Of a DNA stretch of 64,000 nt, positions 1 to 10,778 are shown in pieces. This DNA is from Tetramitus jugosus (taxonomy: Eukaryota; Protista; Heterolobosea), in assembly GCA_937625935.1 (NCBI GenBank), contig OW569378.1, forward strand, positions 393,454-457,453, given 5' to 3'. The translations under genes were made by a program, and so were the position numbers. The notes beneath the pieces are model-generated. The model was given only the letters and a program-made list of their open reading frames with translations. It was not told where the DNA came from and did no database searches. Position 1 is the first letter of the stretch. The number at the start of each line of letters is the position of its first letter.

Positions 1-357
1 AAGAATGCCTACGACGAATTGAACACTGCCCAAGACGACGAAGAAGACTATTCATTCAACAAGTCCGGATTGAACTTTTGGCAAGCAATTGACGAATTCA
101 AGAAGGCAAAGAATGTTTATGATGAGTTGAACAAGGTTGAAGACGATGAGGAAGAAGACTACTCCTTCAACAGATCTGGTTTGAACTTTTGGCAAGCCAT
201 CGATGAGCTCAAGAAGGCAAAGAACGTTTATGATGAATTGAACACTGCTCAAGACGACGACGAAGAAGACTACTCCTTCAACAAGTCCGGATTGAACTTT
301 TGGCAAGCAATTGACGAATTCAAGAAGGCAAAGAAGGCTTATGACGAATTGAACTAA
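1..357 (+). CDS. 3' end of a tandem-repeat protein (36-37 aa units: acidic spacer plus amphipathic helix); possible multi-copy peptide precursor; 5'-truncated by the window
   Basis: Open frame from base 1 to TAA at 355-357. Three units of KN(A/V)YDELNxxxDD(E)EEDYSFN(K/R)SGLNFWQAIDE(F/L)KKA, with mostly synonymous differences between copies. Confidence 0.75.
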   Translation, partial: KNAYDELNTAQDDEEDYSFNKSGLNFWQAIDEFKKAKNVYDELNKVEDDEEEDYSFNRSGLNFWQAIDELKKAKNVYDELNTAQDDDEEDYSFNKSGLNFWQAIDEFKKAKKAYDELN

Positions 358-617
358 ATATTAAATTTGAGTCACTTGTTTCAGCAATTGTTGTTTCAGA
401 TTAGTTGAAGCACGGGACGCAGCAGCAGCTGTAAAGAGTCAACCTGCCTCCGAAGGTCCACATAAATTTATCCATGTCACTTGTCACAGAAATCAGGACC
501 GTTGATACTTACTTCAATATCTGGGAAAGGATTTGCTACAACACACAGACACCCGAAAAATCACAAACGATAACTGATAAAACGCATTTGGTAACAACAA
601 CTCAATCATCCGCCACA

Positions 618-2006
618 ATGATACGCACCAACAGTCTCAACAACAGCACCAGTTCAAAATTACTCCGATGGTGTCAATTCGTGACACAAGAGTACCCAAA
701 TGTTGACATTACGAATTTGAATGAAAGCTTTAGAAATGGGTTGGCCATGTGTGCCATCTTGCATCACTTTCACCCTGACTTGTTCGACTATGCTTCTCTG
801 AACGAAGGAAACCCAAGCTTCAATCACAAGCTGCACACGGAGCAATTTGAACTGGTCGGAGGAACATCGTACGTTGAACCGGATGATTTCTCGTTGAAGC
901 GTTTGGAGGAGAAATCTCTGTTTACGCATTTGCGCACCATGTATGAAACGTTGAATGACCGCGCGCCACATGTCGGTTATTTTGATAAGAAGACGTACGC
1001 GCCATTCGGATCCGAAACCACTACGGTTGCAGAGGATGACGTTGGTGATATGAGCGATGTTGAAAACGAAGATGTTGATAACAAGAGAGATGACAACAAT
1101 GGCGGCGGCAATAATGACCATACAGTAACACAACAACAAATACAACAACAACAACAACAACAAAATGTTGTTGAGGAAGACGAAAAGACTAGGCGCAGAA
1201 GAGAGCACTTGGAACGATTTGAAAGGGAGAGATTAGCTCGTGAGCAAGAAGCTGAACAGCTCTTAGCTACAACAATAACAAGCACAGAAGCTACTGAACC
1301 AACTGTAGCTACAGACTCGATAATGACTGATGATGAGAATGAGAATGATACTACTGCTACTACTACTACTACTAGTATCAGCAATGATGACAAGATGGAT
1401 ACTTCGATTGCTGTTGTGACTGAGAATCATGATGACAATGAGATACTAAGAATGAAGAATGCTGAGATTGAGGCACAAGAACAGAAATTGTTGTTGTTGC
1501 GACAGGAGCACGAACAACAGTTACAAGGCTTACAATTCCAATTCCAACAATTCCAAGAGCAAAGCGCGCAGAGACAACAAGAGCTCGAACAAAATCAAAG
1601 AGCACAACAAGAGTTGCTACAAAAAGAACTGGAAACTCAAAGACAAGATCAAGAAAAGCTCAGAGTGGAGCTACAAGAGCAAGTTCGATCACTGGTGGAG
1701 CATCATCAGTTTGAGCTACAAGAGAAGCAGGATAAGCTTCAATTGTCGCTGCAGCAACAAAAAGAAGAGCATGGATCAGAAGTACAAAAGTTGCAACAAC
1801 AGTTGCATCAACAGAAGGAGAGAGAACAGGATTTGGTGCGTCAATTGCAACAAAAGGAGCAACAATGGAAGGAACAGACAGAAAAACTGCAACAGCAACT
1901 GCAGGAAAAGAGCAACAATTCTTTCTTCTCTCAATTGCCAACTGCTGTGCAAATTGGTATCGTTGCTGTTCCTGCACTGTTGATTATGGCTTATTGTTTC
2001 TTTTAA
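618..2006 (+). CDS. Calponin-homology (MICAL/EHBP1/smoothelin-type CH) domain, coiled-coil and C-terminal tail-anchor protein
   Basis: LLRWCQ...NVDITNL..SFRNGLAMCAILHHFHPDLFDY CH motif; Q/E-rich coiled coil; hydrophobic C-terminus IGIVAVPALLIMAYCFF. Start taken at ATG 618 (ORF is open from 474). Confidence 0.8.
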   Translation: MIRTNSLNNSTSSKLLRWCQFVTQEYPNVDITNLNESFRNGLAMCAILHHFHPDLFDYASLNEGNPSFNHKLHTEQFELVGGTSYVEPDDFSLKRLEEKSLFTHLRTMYETLNDRAPHVGYFDKKTYAPFGSETTTVAEDDVGDMSDVENEDVDNKRDDNNGGGNNDHTVTQQQIQQQQQQQNVVEEDEKTRRRREHLERFERERLAREQEAEQLLATTITSTEATEPTVATDSIMTDDENENDTTATTTTTSISNDDKMDTSIAVVTENHDDNEILRMKNAEIEAQEQKLLLLRQEHEQQLQGLQFQFQQFQEQSAQRQQELEQNQRAQQELLQKELETQRQDQEKLRVELQEQVRSLVEHHQFELQEKQDKLQLSLQQQKEEHGSEVQKLQQQLHQQKEREQDLVRQLQQKEQQWKEQTEKLQQQLQEKSNNSFFSQLPTAVQIGIVAVPALLIMAYCFF

Positions 2007-2182
2007 GATGGTGAACTTGTGATCGCAAATTACAAATTATTTATTGCTTTATTCGTCGTGTTGTTGTTTTCATGTTTGTGATTCTTTAGCGTAAGTTGTG
2101 ACAATCGCAATCTGTTTGACACCTAAATACTTTGTGCAAGGAATTCCATTGAGGGTTTAATTTAATGCTCGTTTTACTTTTT

Positions 2183-2979
2183 TTACAAGTGGAAATGAAC
2201 AGGTCTGGATCCAGTGGACACAAACAACTCACACGGCGCCACAGATCGATCATCTCTCTTCTCTGATATCCATTTTGCTGTTGTCGTACGTCTCACCTTT
2301 ATAATAAAGTGCTTTCTTGCCCATAGTACCACATTAGGATCAATAGTCGTCTGAGTAGACAACAAATTGTCCAATGAATCATCCTTTTTCTCTGGCACAA
2401 TCTTTACTTGGAGGTTCAAATCAGAGAACACTCTTCTCTTCTTGTGTTGGTTCAATTCTTCATTGGTCAAGCTCTTGCTGACTGTGAGATTGTCCTGCGA
2501 AAATTTTCTCTTCTTATTGTTAGTGTTGTTCGTGTTGTTAGCTAAGAGTGAGGATTTTTCTTCTTGGTTTTGGATGGATTGTAGCACTGACATGTCCAAT
2601 TGTTCATCATCATCATCATTGTCATTATTGGCATCTTGCTTTTGTTCCTTGTCGTTTGTGGTTGTTGAAGCTTGATGCAAGTTGACGAGCTTATTGTGAC
2701 TTCTTTGCTTCTTCTTGCTTTTTTGATCCTTTTGTTGTTGCAATTGTTGTTGTAGCTTTTGGCTGTCGGTTGTTCATGAAATGGCATCATTGGGAAGAAC
2801 AAAAAGTGTCAGCAGCGATACATTGTAGTCAATCGGAGAATATATTTTGGCGCGAAAGTCGGAGTTACTTACAATTCTTCGGCAGCCGCTTGTTTGTTGG
2901 ATTTGGAGGAGACTTCCATTGGAACTTCTTCTTCATCATCAGAATCAATTGCGCTTATCACTGTCTTTGGTGTATTCAT
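2183..2979 (-). CDS. Two-exon basic/acidic protein, possibly nucleolar U3-associated (Bud21/Utp16/NOL7-like)
   Basis: Exon 1 (2979-2873) gives MNTPKTVISAIDSDDEEEVPMEVS...; intron 2872-2763 (GTAAGT...ACAG) splices in frame to the 2183-2743 ORF. The family guess rests only on the SDDEEEVPMEVS-like motif. Confidence 0.5.
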
Positions 2980-3202
2980 TTTTTTTCGTTGCGTTTTTCG
3001 TCGTCTTGTTTTCGTGTTTGAACAAAAATTGTTTGCTTTTTGTGTGTGAACAGTTCAATAAAATTAAAGAATCGCAACTAGATTCTCCGATCCCGTTGGG
3101 AATGAATACAATGGTTGGAGTACAATTCGGCAGCCGAATGAAAAGGCCAAGGTGGAACATGTCATTTCTTCGATAATGTGGATTGGTGATGATGATGTTT
3201 AT

Positions 3203-3805
3203 TTACAATTTGTGATTCACGGCTGCCAACAGAACAAAAACCTTGACAAACTCGAGCAAGACATAGACAATGTGAGTCAGTGGTGCATTGCCCTTGGCAT
3301 GAGCCTTCCTTCCATGCACAGTTTCTTGTATGACATGAATTCCAGATCGATCAAGTATCGGTTGCATCACCATGACTTGCATGACTAGAAACAACACTGG
3401 TATGACATCCAACAGCGTAACAACAGTCATGTCAGACGAACAAATGACTGTGAAAAGGTACCACAAACAAGCAAGAAACACTTCGGCCCTATTCAATGCA
3501 AAGAACACTGTTCTTCCCATGTCCAATCCAATATATCGAACACAGTATTGAGCTCTAAACTTGACCCAGGCTTCCAGTAACGAGACACCAAAGACTAGTC
3601 CACACCAGACGAGTTGTACCATGGCAGCATGTTTTGGCTTGATTCTCTGACTCAGGTGCAATGGATCTATTGTAATCCTCTGTTGATGCGCAAGTACCAG
3701 TGTGATCAGTGTCATGATGATCGCAGGGATGCGATTGGAGTAGTGCTTGGGCACGATTGACTTGTGAATCTTGTCAATTTGATCTGGAGTTGTTGAAATG
3801 ACCAT
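3203..3805 (-). CDS. Small multi-pass membrane protein, bacterial DUF4149/TMEM205-like
   Basis: WCGLVFGVSLLEAWVKFRA...GLDMGRTVFFALNRAE and HIVYVLLEFVKV motifs; 4-5 hydrophobic segments. First ATG at 3805. Confidence 0.65.
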   Translation of the reverse strand: MVISTTPDQIDKIHKSIVPKHYSNRIPAIIMTLITLVLAHQQRITIDPLHLSQRIKPKHAAMVQLVWCGLVFGVSLLEAWVKFRAQYCVRYIGLDMGRTVFFALNRAEVFLACLWYLFTVICSSDMTVVTLLDVIPVLFLVMQVMVMQPILDRSGIHVIQETVHGRKAHAKGNAPLTHIVYVLLEFVKVFVLLAAVNHKL

Positions 3806-4017
3806 AGCGTTGTGTTTTTGTTGGTTGGAGCTCCCCTGTTCACCACAAGATCTTTTGGTGAGCAAATAGCTTCTCGGAAAAACTCTTCACAAGGTGAGTT
3901 GTGGTTTTGGCTAAAAAAGAGCAAAGGTTTGTGCAAATGTCGTAATGGACAATGTCTCGGTAGGTGTGATACAACGTTGCGAACGGTGAACTAAAACTGG
4001 TGTTGTTCTTTATGAAT

Positions 4018-7000
4018 TCATGGGTTTGATCTAAACAACCTGTTGGTTGTAGTTTTTCTGATCGATTTCAGTGAGAACTCTCTTGGTTGAGTTGACTTGT
4101 GAAGGTGTATTCCAGCTTCACTTGCTAATGACTTGGCAGTCTTCTTGTTGGCATTCTTCTTTGTAATCTTAGCATTACCGATATAGGTCAAAATTTCACA
4201 CATTTCTACATTCTTGGCTTCAATGGCATAGTGCAGTGCTGTGTTGCCCTTCTTGTCCTTCTCATCCACATCTACCTCATAGCACAGAGACAAGTATTTC
4301 ACAATCTTGGTGTGACCCTTGATCACAGCCATGTGCAATGCAGACTGACCTGTGTTCAGATCCTTTTCATTCAATCGATCCTTGAGAAATCGTTGCACAC
4401 GTTTCATTCCATGCCCGTCATCCTCTAAATCGGATGTAGCATGATGGGATACAAACGAGGAGTTGAATGAGCTCGAAGCAGTGAATGATCCATAGTCTGC
4501 CGTTGAACCAGATGTCATATCGTTTGCACTTTGCATAAACACTCGATCTGCTGATTTGATCAATGCCTGGATAATGATCAGCAAACTCTTCAAGTAACCA
4601 TTGGCAGCAGCTTCGTGGAACACTGTTCGACCATTGCGCGTCAACACGCCAGTCAACTTGCACAGACTCTTGTAGGACTGACTGGGTGAGCTGTACATGA
4701 CATGCTCGCAAATGTAAAATACAATCGAGTAGTTGGACAGAGAACTGAACAGAACATTCTCTCGATCTTGATTCAATCGAGAAACAGATGCAGAACACTC
4801 CTCAATCAAAAATTTGACTCTCTTCAGGTATCCCTCTCGAGAGGCAATGTGAAGACAAGTGTCACCCTTGATGCCTCTCATGTGCACATCAGCTCTACCC
4901 AGTGACAACATTTTGATAATTTCAAGGCAATTGTTTCTCATAGCAATCAACAGTGGATACACAGAGTACATGTCATTTGCATTCAAATCTGCTGCATTCA
5001 ATATCAAACAACACACTGCTTCAATGGCGTTATTCGCACATGCATAGTGCAATGGTGTTGCCTTGATTGCATCAGTCTCATTCACGTTGGCTCCATGATT
5101 GATCAACAGTTGCATAATTTGATAATTGTTCATGCGAGCAGCAACGTGCATTGGTGTCACCTTTCGAGCTCCATAGTGAGAATTTGTGTGAACGAGTGCA
5201 CTGCCTGTCGACTCTGATATTCTGTTGAGAATGTGAGCTACAGCAGATAGGCCTCGGTCACTGGGCAAGCCACACAAATGAATCAACTGTTCTTGAATCG
5301 TTGGATACTTGCTCATGATCATTCTCTGAGATTTTGTCATTTGTTCGACAGACTCATGAATAATCATCTCATCACCCTCTTCTTCCTCTTGCTCATACGC
5401 AATTCCATCAATGATTCGTGCTCCAGATGATCCCATTCCCAATCCATTGTCATCATCAACAGCACCATCGTGATCATCATTATTGTTCAATGCGTCTCTT
5501 TCATCATTATGACGTTGATCACCATCTTCTTCTTCTTCTTCTTGAGTGACACTATCGATCAAACCAGCAAAATGATTCGAATGACGACCAATGATTTGTA
5601 TATCACTAAATTCATCCAAATCAGTTGAATCGTCCTCTGGCAATATTCCATTTGGATGATGACGATGATGGTGATTGTGACGATTTTGATTATGGTTATT
5701 GTGTTGATCCATTTCGTTATCTGATTGAGAGTACTCTTCTCCAGTTGAAACGACATCTTGCCATAAACCAATTTCATCCGCTTCACTACTATCTCCATTC
5801 GCTTCCTCACTATTATGATGGTTGTTATTATTCGTGTCATGATTGTTATTGTTGTTGTTCGTCATTGTATTGTTGTTCACTTTACTATTCTTGTTGTTAT
5901 TGTTGTGTTGTCTCGTCGTTGCGTCAAACACTGAATCTTCCTCATTGTCTGACAATACTTGAGAGTGCGAATTGAATGCTGATACTGATGCGGTTCTCAT
6001 CATTCTTGTCATGTGGTGATCCACATCTCTATGGTGGTCATGTTCATCTGCTAATGTTACGATAGCAGATTCACTTACATGTGGTGCATCGAGAGCTCCA
6101 TATGTGAATGGTGCAGCCGTAGTGTTGTTACTGTTGTTCACTTTTGGCGATTGTTGTGATAACGATTGTCGTGCAGCAGTGGGAATTTGTTGAGTGGGTG
6201 TGCGAGGGGATGTTGGAGGTGAGGATATAGGTGAGTTGACCAGTGATGCTGCTGGTCCATTGTTCAAACGACCAGGGGAGTTTGGTGGTGACATTGACGT
6301 CGAAAAGAGCAAATCGTTGTTTTTGCTAATTTGCTTACTGTTGTGAGCAGATGTTGTGGTGAGAGAAGACAAGGTGAATCCTCCTCCAGTGGTGTTATTA
6401 GCTGAGGCATTGTCCTTGTTGTCATAGTGATAATGGTGCAAGTTGTAGCTCTTGGGTGGAGGCGTCGTTGTGAGTGGTAGCTTCGCTTCAGAAGCAGTTG
6501 TCGAATGTGTCGTAGCAGTGTGTGACGTGGGGCAGTGCCTGAGCGCAGTGACGCTAGAATTTTGTAAGAGCTCAATCAATGGACTCACTGGACCCACCAT
6601 TGGACTCATTGTAATACTGGGTAGCCTTGTGTACACGTGCTTCATTCGACGAAAGGTGGCTCTATTTGGCGCCAAATTTCCCATCCATTCTGCGACGATT
6701 TACAGAAAAAATTGTATTCATAATCATCATTTTTAGCAAAGAAGAAAAAAGAAAAAAACTAGTGTGTGAGCTCAACATGTCAAACAGCTAAGCAAAAAAA
6801 ACTCAAAACTTATTAAGAGCAGCAGTGACTCACCTGGTGTAATATCCATAATGGACCGTTTTTGTGATACACGACACGAAAATTGCTCCACATGCTTTGC
6901 TGGTGGTGATTGTTGACTGTGATGACGGTGCAAGTACAAGTTCCCACCTTGATAACTCCTTCGATGACTACTCAATAATTCATTGTGTATCGTTGTAGTT

Positions 7001-7062
7001 GTTGGGGATGTTGGAGATGTGGGAGAGGTTGGTGCTGATGACGATGGAGGTGGAGCATACAT
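4018..7062 (-). CDS. Ankyrin-repeat protein with long disordered N/H/D-rich N-terminus (two exons)
   Basis: Multiple TPLH/TALH ankyrin repeats (TPMHVAA, TPLHYAC, TCLHIAS, SALHMAV, TALHYAI). Exon 1 7062-6834; intron 6833-6690 (GTGAGT...GCAG) joins in frame (P-E-W-M). Confidence 0.85.
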
Positions 7063-7787
7063 GGATAATTTTTAATGTTGGTGGTTGTTCGTCTTCAAAT
7101 TATGTACAGTAAGTGTTGGTTGTTGCAAGAAGAAACGTTTTTTTCCTCCGTGTGTCTGTTTGTGTGATGTTGTTTTTTTAAATTGGTGTTTTGTTTGTTG
7201 TGAACGAAAGCTCAGTTGTTGGTGCGCACCAATGATGGGAAATTTTTCGTTTCTGTTGTTTGTTGTTGGTGTTGCTCGCAAAGCTCAGGTATTGTTCTAT
7301 TATTGATATTCGCTCGGCAAGCCTGTTCTGTTGATGATGTCTGATGTTTGCTTAGACAACAGCCATCTTGCTTTGTCCAAGATAGTGAATAGGTTTTTTG
7401 GTGCCGACAAACATACCAACTGTCATCAAATGCGCCGACAGAGCAATAAATCGTTTTTGGGGTTGGGCTGAAATTTTCATGTTGATGGTGTTGAACATCA
7501 CAATAACACAATTCCATCATCCCAAATCATTCCATGAGAGTGTGCTCGCTCATTGACTCGTCAAGGATTATTTCCCAGCCGTAGATCAAGGACATTAGAC
7601 AGGTAACGCCACCTGTCATTTGTGTGCTGGAAGAACAGGAATGTAATTTTACAAAAAACATTGCAAAATTTATTTTTAACCAGAATTCAGGGGACAAAAT
7701 TCTGATCGACATTGATTGGGTTAACACAACAAACCACACAAACAACGAAACAAAATAAAACAAAGAAACAAACTCCTAAACATCATC

Positions 7788-8114
7788 ATGCAAGCTCTCG
7801 CACCAAACCACTTGTACTCTGCCAACGTCCACAACAAGACCAGCAAGCCAGTCTCCGTCACTGTTCAATACCAAGCTTTGGGTCACAACGAATCCAAGAC
7901 TGAGACCATTGCTCCAAACTCTAGCAAGCTCTTTGAACAAGTCACTTTTGATCAAGGTAGCTCCACCAGTGTTGCTCCAGTGCATCAAATTGCTGCAAAG
8001 TTCGAAGACAGCAATGATGTCCACACCCATGCTCCACAAGTTCAAGGTGTCAACAGGGTCAAGGACTTCCATGTTGTTGAAGAGAATGAAGCTATCAAGG
8101 TTCAACAACTCTAA
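7788..8114 (+). CDS. Small beta-rich hypothetical protein (108 aa)
   Basis: Clean ATG-TAA ORF after an A/C-rich leader; codon use (AAG, GTC, GCT, AAC) looks like that of a highly expressed gene; AATAAA just downstream. Confidence 0.7.
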   Translation: MQALAPNHLYSANVHNKTSKPVSVTVQYQALGHNESKTETIAPNSSKLFEQVTFDQGSSTSVAPVHQIAAKFEDSNDVHTHAPQVQGVNRVKDFHVVEENEAIKVQQL

Positions 8115-8236
8115 AAGAATAAAATCATCTTGTATTTTTACACGATCATTTGTGTTGGATGATCTTGGCGATCTTTCAATGGAGAGCTCCTCTCCTTGAT
8201 TTTTTTTTTACTGGATCAAAATGTTGTAGTGAGTCA

Positions 8237-10660
8237 TTATCCACCAACAGCCCATCTATAAATTTCAGAGTTGAGATGTTCCTTGTGCTGTTTCAAGAAT
8301 TTGTCAATCTCCACTGGATGGATGCCATTAAAACGAATGGCAACGTGAGACAAATCCTTTTTCTTGCCTTTTGAGTCCACGAGTTTTTTGCCACCTCCCG
8401 TTAGCTTGAGGAATCCCAAGTTGAGTAGCTTTTCAAAACTAGTCATTGCAATCGACTTGCTCAAGCTTAAGCTTCTCATTAGCTTATCTCGAAACAGATC
8501 AGCGTCCTTGACATTCACTGTTGTGGCACCGCCAGAGATAAATTTGCAGTACTCTGCGTAGGCAATCAAGAAATTGTAGGTAATAAATTGAGTGGAGGAG
8601 CGAGAGCCATACTCTTCGCACTTCTTGCACGCAATCAGAAAACAGAGCTCATACGTAGTTAAATCATGAATGATATCGATCATTGGATTTCGAGTGAGCT
8701 CACTGTACGTATCTGTAAACAATTGAGCCGTGATTTGATATCCATGATTTCCTTGTTCGTTCTCTTCTTCAAGAAGATCATCTTGTTGTCGTTGCAGTTG
8801 TTGTTGAAACCGGAGCTCCAATGCAACAACGATTCTCTTGAACCATTCCAGATAGAATGCAACTCCAGAAGCACTGGCCAACGACCGTTGGAGCAATTGA
8901 GCTACTCTTGGTTCACTCGTGCACGATTGTAGGCTGTTCATTATCTGTTGGGCGATGGATCGCGTATGGAATTGTACAGTGTCATCCTCTGCAAGCGTGC
9001 TAACAACATCTACACATTCTCCATTGCTATTCGTTATGTTCTGATTGTCATCACTATGATTAATTGATTCTTGCTTGATATCAGCATGATTCCCAATTTC
9101 CTTTGAAGTTGTCAAATAATCACTGAGAGCTTCCTCTGCAATCTCCGTAAGTAATTGCCGAACTTGACTTGAGCTATTGGGTATGTGAGTAAATATTCTC
9201 CTACTTAGCAATCGACTCAGCGTTCTCTTGTCAATAATGGTTTCAATATTTTGACATGTCGTGAGACCAATGATCACCAAATGACTCGTCGACATGTGAC
9301 TCGTATTGGCAATATGATACAAGGTTCGTTTTGCTCTCATGCAAACGAGCTCAAATCGATCAATGACAAAAATGGTACAAATGCCTTGTTTCCTGTTGTG
9401 AATGAGCTTGTTTTCGAGGTACATGAGATGCCTGGATAGAGTGACTTCGTCATCCTCATCATCCTTGCCATTGTCATCGTCGTCATCACTGTCATCCACT
9501 ACATGTTCAGCATCCATCTCATCATCATATTTCTCTCTCGCATCAAGGTTCTTACTGTTGTGACTTTTGCGACGGGAAAGAGTGAAAATGGTGTTTGGAT
9601 TGTCCAGTTGGGACTTGAGCTGAACATGACAACTGGTTTCCGTGGACAGGAATTCACCTCGAATGGTCACGAGCTGATACCTTAGCGTGTTTTCCGTTTT
9701 TTGTGCATATTGCTGCAACTGGAGTTGTTGCTGTTGCAAATGCTGCTCCAAGCAACGAAACACATGAGAAACGAGCAAGTTTTTACCACTGCCCGATGGA
9801 CCAATCACCAACACCGATGAATTCTCCTTGGATGTAATACTCCGACACACGATTTGTGTCAGATAGTCGTGTTGTTTTTGTAGGAGAGAAGGAATGCGTC
9901 GTGGCATGTTACGACTCATCATTTGGCGCAACAACGAACCGTAGACGAGTTGAGCGGACTTTCGTTTAGCCGGAGAAATATGCTTGGCGCGAATTGCGGA
10001 GAATATCCCAGAGAAGGACTCACGAGGCGGAGGTGCAAATGACCTCAAAATCATGTGTGGTGTGTCGACAGCAGTTGCAACAAGAGTAGTACGAGTAGTA
10101 GTACTGGGTGTACTGACTGTAGTTGTGCTAACGTTCATTTTCTTCTTCTTTCGTTGTAATTTTTTCATCTGAACCGATTGAACGAATGCTTCATCAGATT
10201 GGTCAAGAATAAAGGAATCAATTTCATCACTACTACTACTACCACCACCACCACCGTTTTTATCATTGTCTTTTGAAGCTATTGTTGTTGTTGTCTTCGT
10301 TTTTTCAGTTGTTGTTGTTTCAGTGGTGGTGGCAGTGGTAGTGACAGTTGTTGTTGTGACTGGTGATGGTGATGATTCAATGAGATTGAGTCTCTTGGTT
10401 CGTTTTTTTCTTGTTCGTTTCTTTTTAGTGATAACTGGTGTTGTTGATGTTGACATTGTTGGTGACGACGGTATTGTTGTTGTTGTTGTTATTGACGACG
10501 GTGTGAGCGGTGGTAATCGTGTTGTTGTTACGGTTGTTGTTGTTGTGGGTTGTATTACTTGTATGAGTGGTTGTGGTGGTTCTGGTTCTGATTCGTATTC
10601 CTTCTTGATCTCGATGGAATCATCGAGATAACAATCTTCTCTTCTTGGTCTCTTGAGCAT
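8237..10660 (-). CDS. ORC4: Origin recognition complex subunit 4
   Basis: ENSSVLVIGPSGSGK Walker A, IFVIDRFE Walker B region, VIIGLTT, DKRTLSRLLSRRI, and C-terminal winged helix LTTYELCFLIA...YNF...Y.EY...FEKLLNLGFL. Confidence 0.88.
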   Translation of the reverse strand: MLKRPRREDCYLDDSIEIKKEYESEPEPPQPLIQVIQPTTTTTVTTTRLPPLTPSSITTTTTIPSSPTMSTSTTPVITKKKRTRKKRTKRLNLIESSPSPVTTTTVTTTATTTETTTTEKTKTTTTIASKDNDKNGGGGGSSSSDEIDSFILDQSDEAFVQSVQMKKLQRKKKKMNVSTTTVSTPSTTTRTTLVATAVDTPHMILRSFAPPPRESFSGIFSAIRAKHISPAKRKSAQLVYGSLLRQMMSRNMPRRIPSLLQKQHDYLTQIVCRSITSKENSSVLVIGPSGSGKNLLVSHVFRCLEQHLQQQQLQLQQYAQKTENTLRYQLVTIRGEFLSTETSCHVQLKSQLDNPNTIFTLSRRKSHNSKNLDAREKYDDEMDAEHVVDDSDDDDDNGKDDEDDEVTLSRHLMYLENKLIHNRKQGICTIFVIDRFELVCMRAKRTLYHIANTSHMSTSHLVIIGLTTCQNIETIIDKRTLSRLLSRRIFTHIPNSSSQVRQLLTEIAEEALSDYLTTSKEIGNHADIKQESINHSDDNQNITNSNGECVDVVSTLAEDDTVQFHTRSIAQQIMNSLQSCTSEPRVAQLLQRSLASASGVAFYLEWFKRIVVALELRFQQQLQRQQDDLLEEENEQGNHGYQITAQLFTDTYSELTRNPMIDIIHDLTTYELCFLIACKKCEEYGSRSSTQFITYNFLIAYAEYCKFISGGATTVNVKDADLFRDKLMRSLSLSKSIAMTSFEKLLNLGFLKLTGGGKKLVDSKGKKKDLSHVAIRFNGIHPVEIDKFLKQHKEHLNSEIYRWAVGG

Positions 10661-10715
10661 TTTGATATGTTTGTTTTTATTTGTTCGCTTTGGTTGTGGA
10701 ATTTCCTGTGATTTT

Positions 10716-10727
10716 TTTGGCGCGGAA
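10716..10727. promoter_or_regulatory. E2F-like site upstream of ORC4
   Basis: TTTGGCGCGGAA lies 56-67 bp upstream of the ORC4 ATG and matches the TTTSSCGC consensus. Confidence 0.45.
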
Positions 10728-10778
10728 GTGGGTTGGCCTCGAGATTTTAATTAAAGAAAATTAGATTGGGGCATTCAT

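Noticed and set aside
1-357. CRISPR-like array
   Set aside because: The repeats are contiguous in-frame coding units of 108-111 bp with no unique spacers, in a eukaryotic context.
660-1983. Overlapping antisense and alternate-frame ORFs (also at 10266-10631, 33611-34018, 34454-34804 and elsewhere)
   Set aside because: Shadow ORFs produced by CAA/ACA/GAT low-complexity tracts in real genes; no recognisable motifs.
7515-7530. Telomerase RNA template (CCCAAA) next to the structured region
   Set aside because: Only one hexamer, flanked by non-matching bases; a template needs an additional alignment region.
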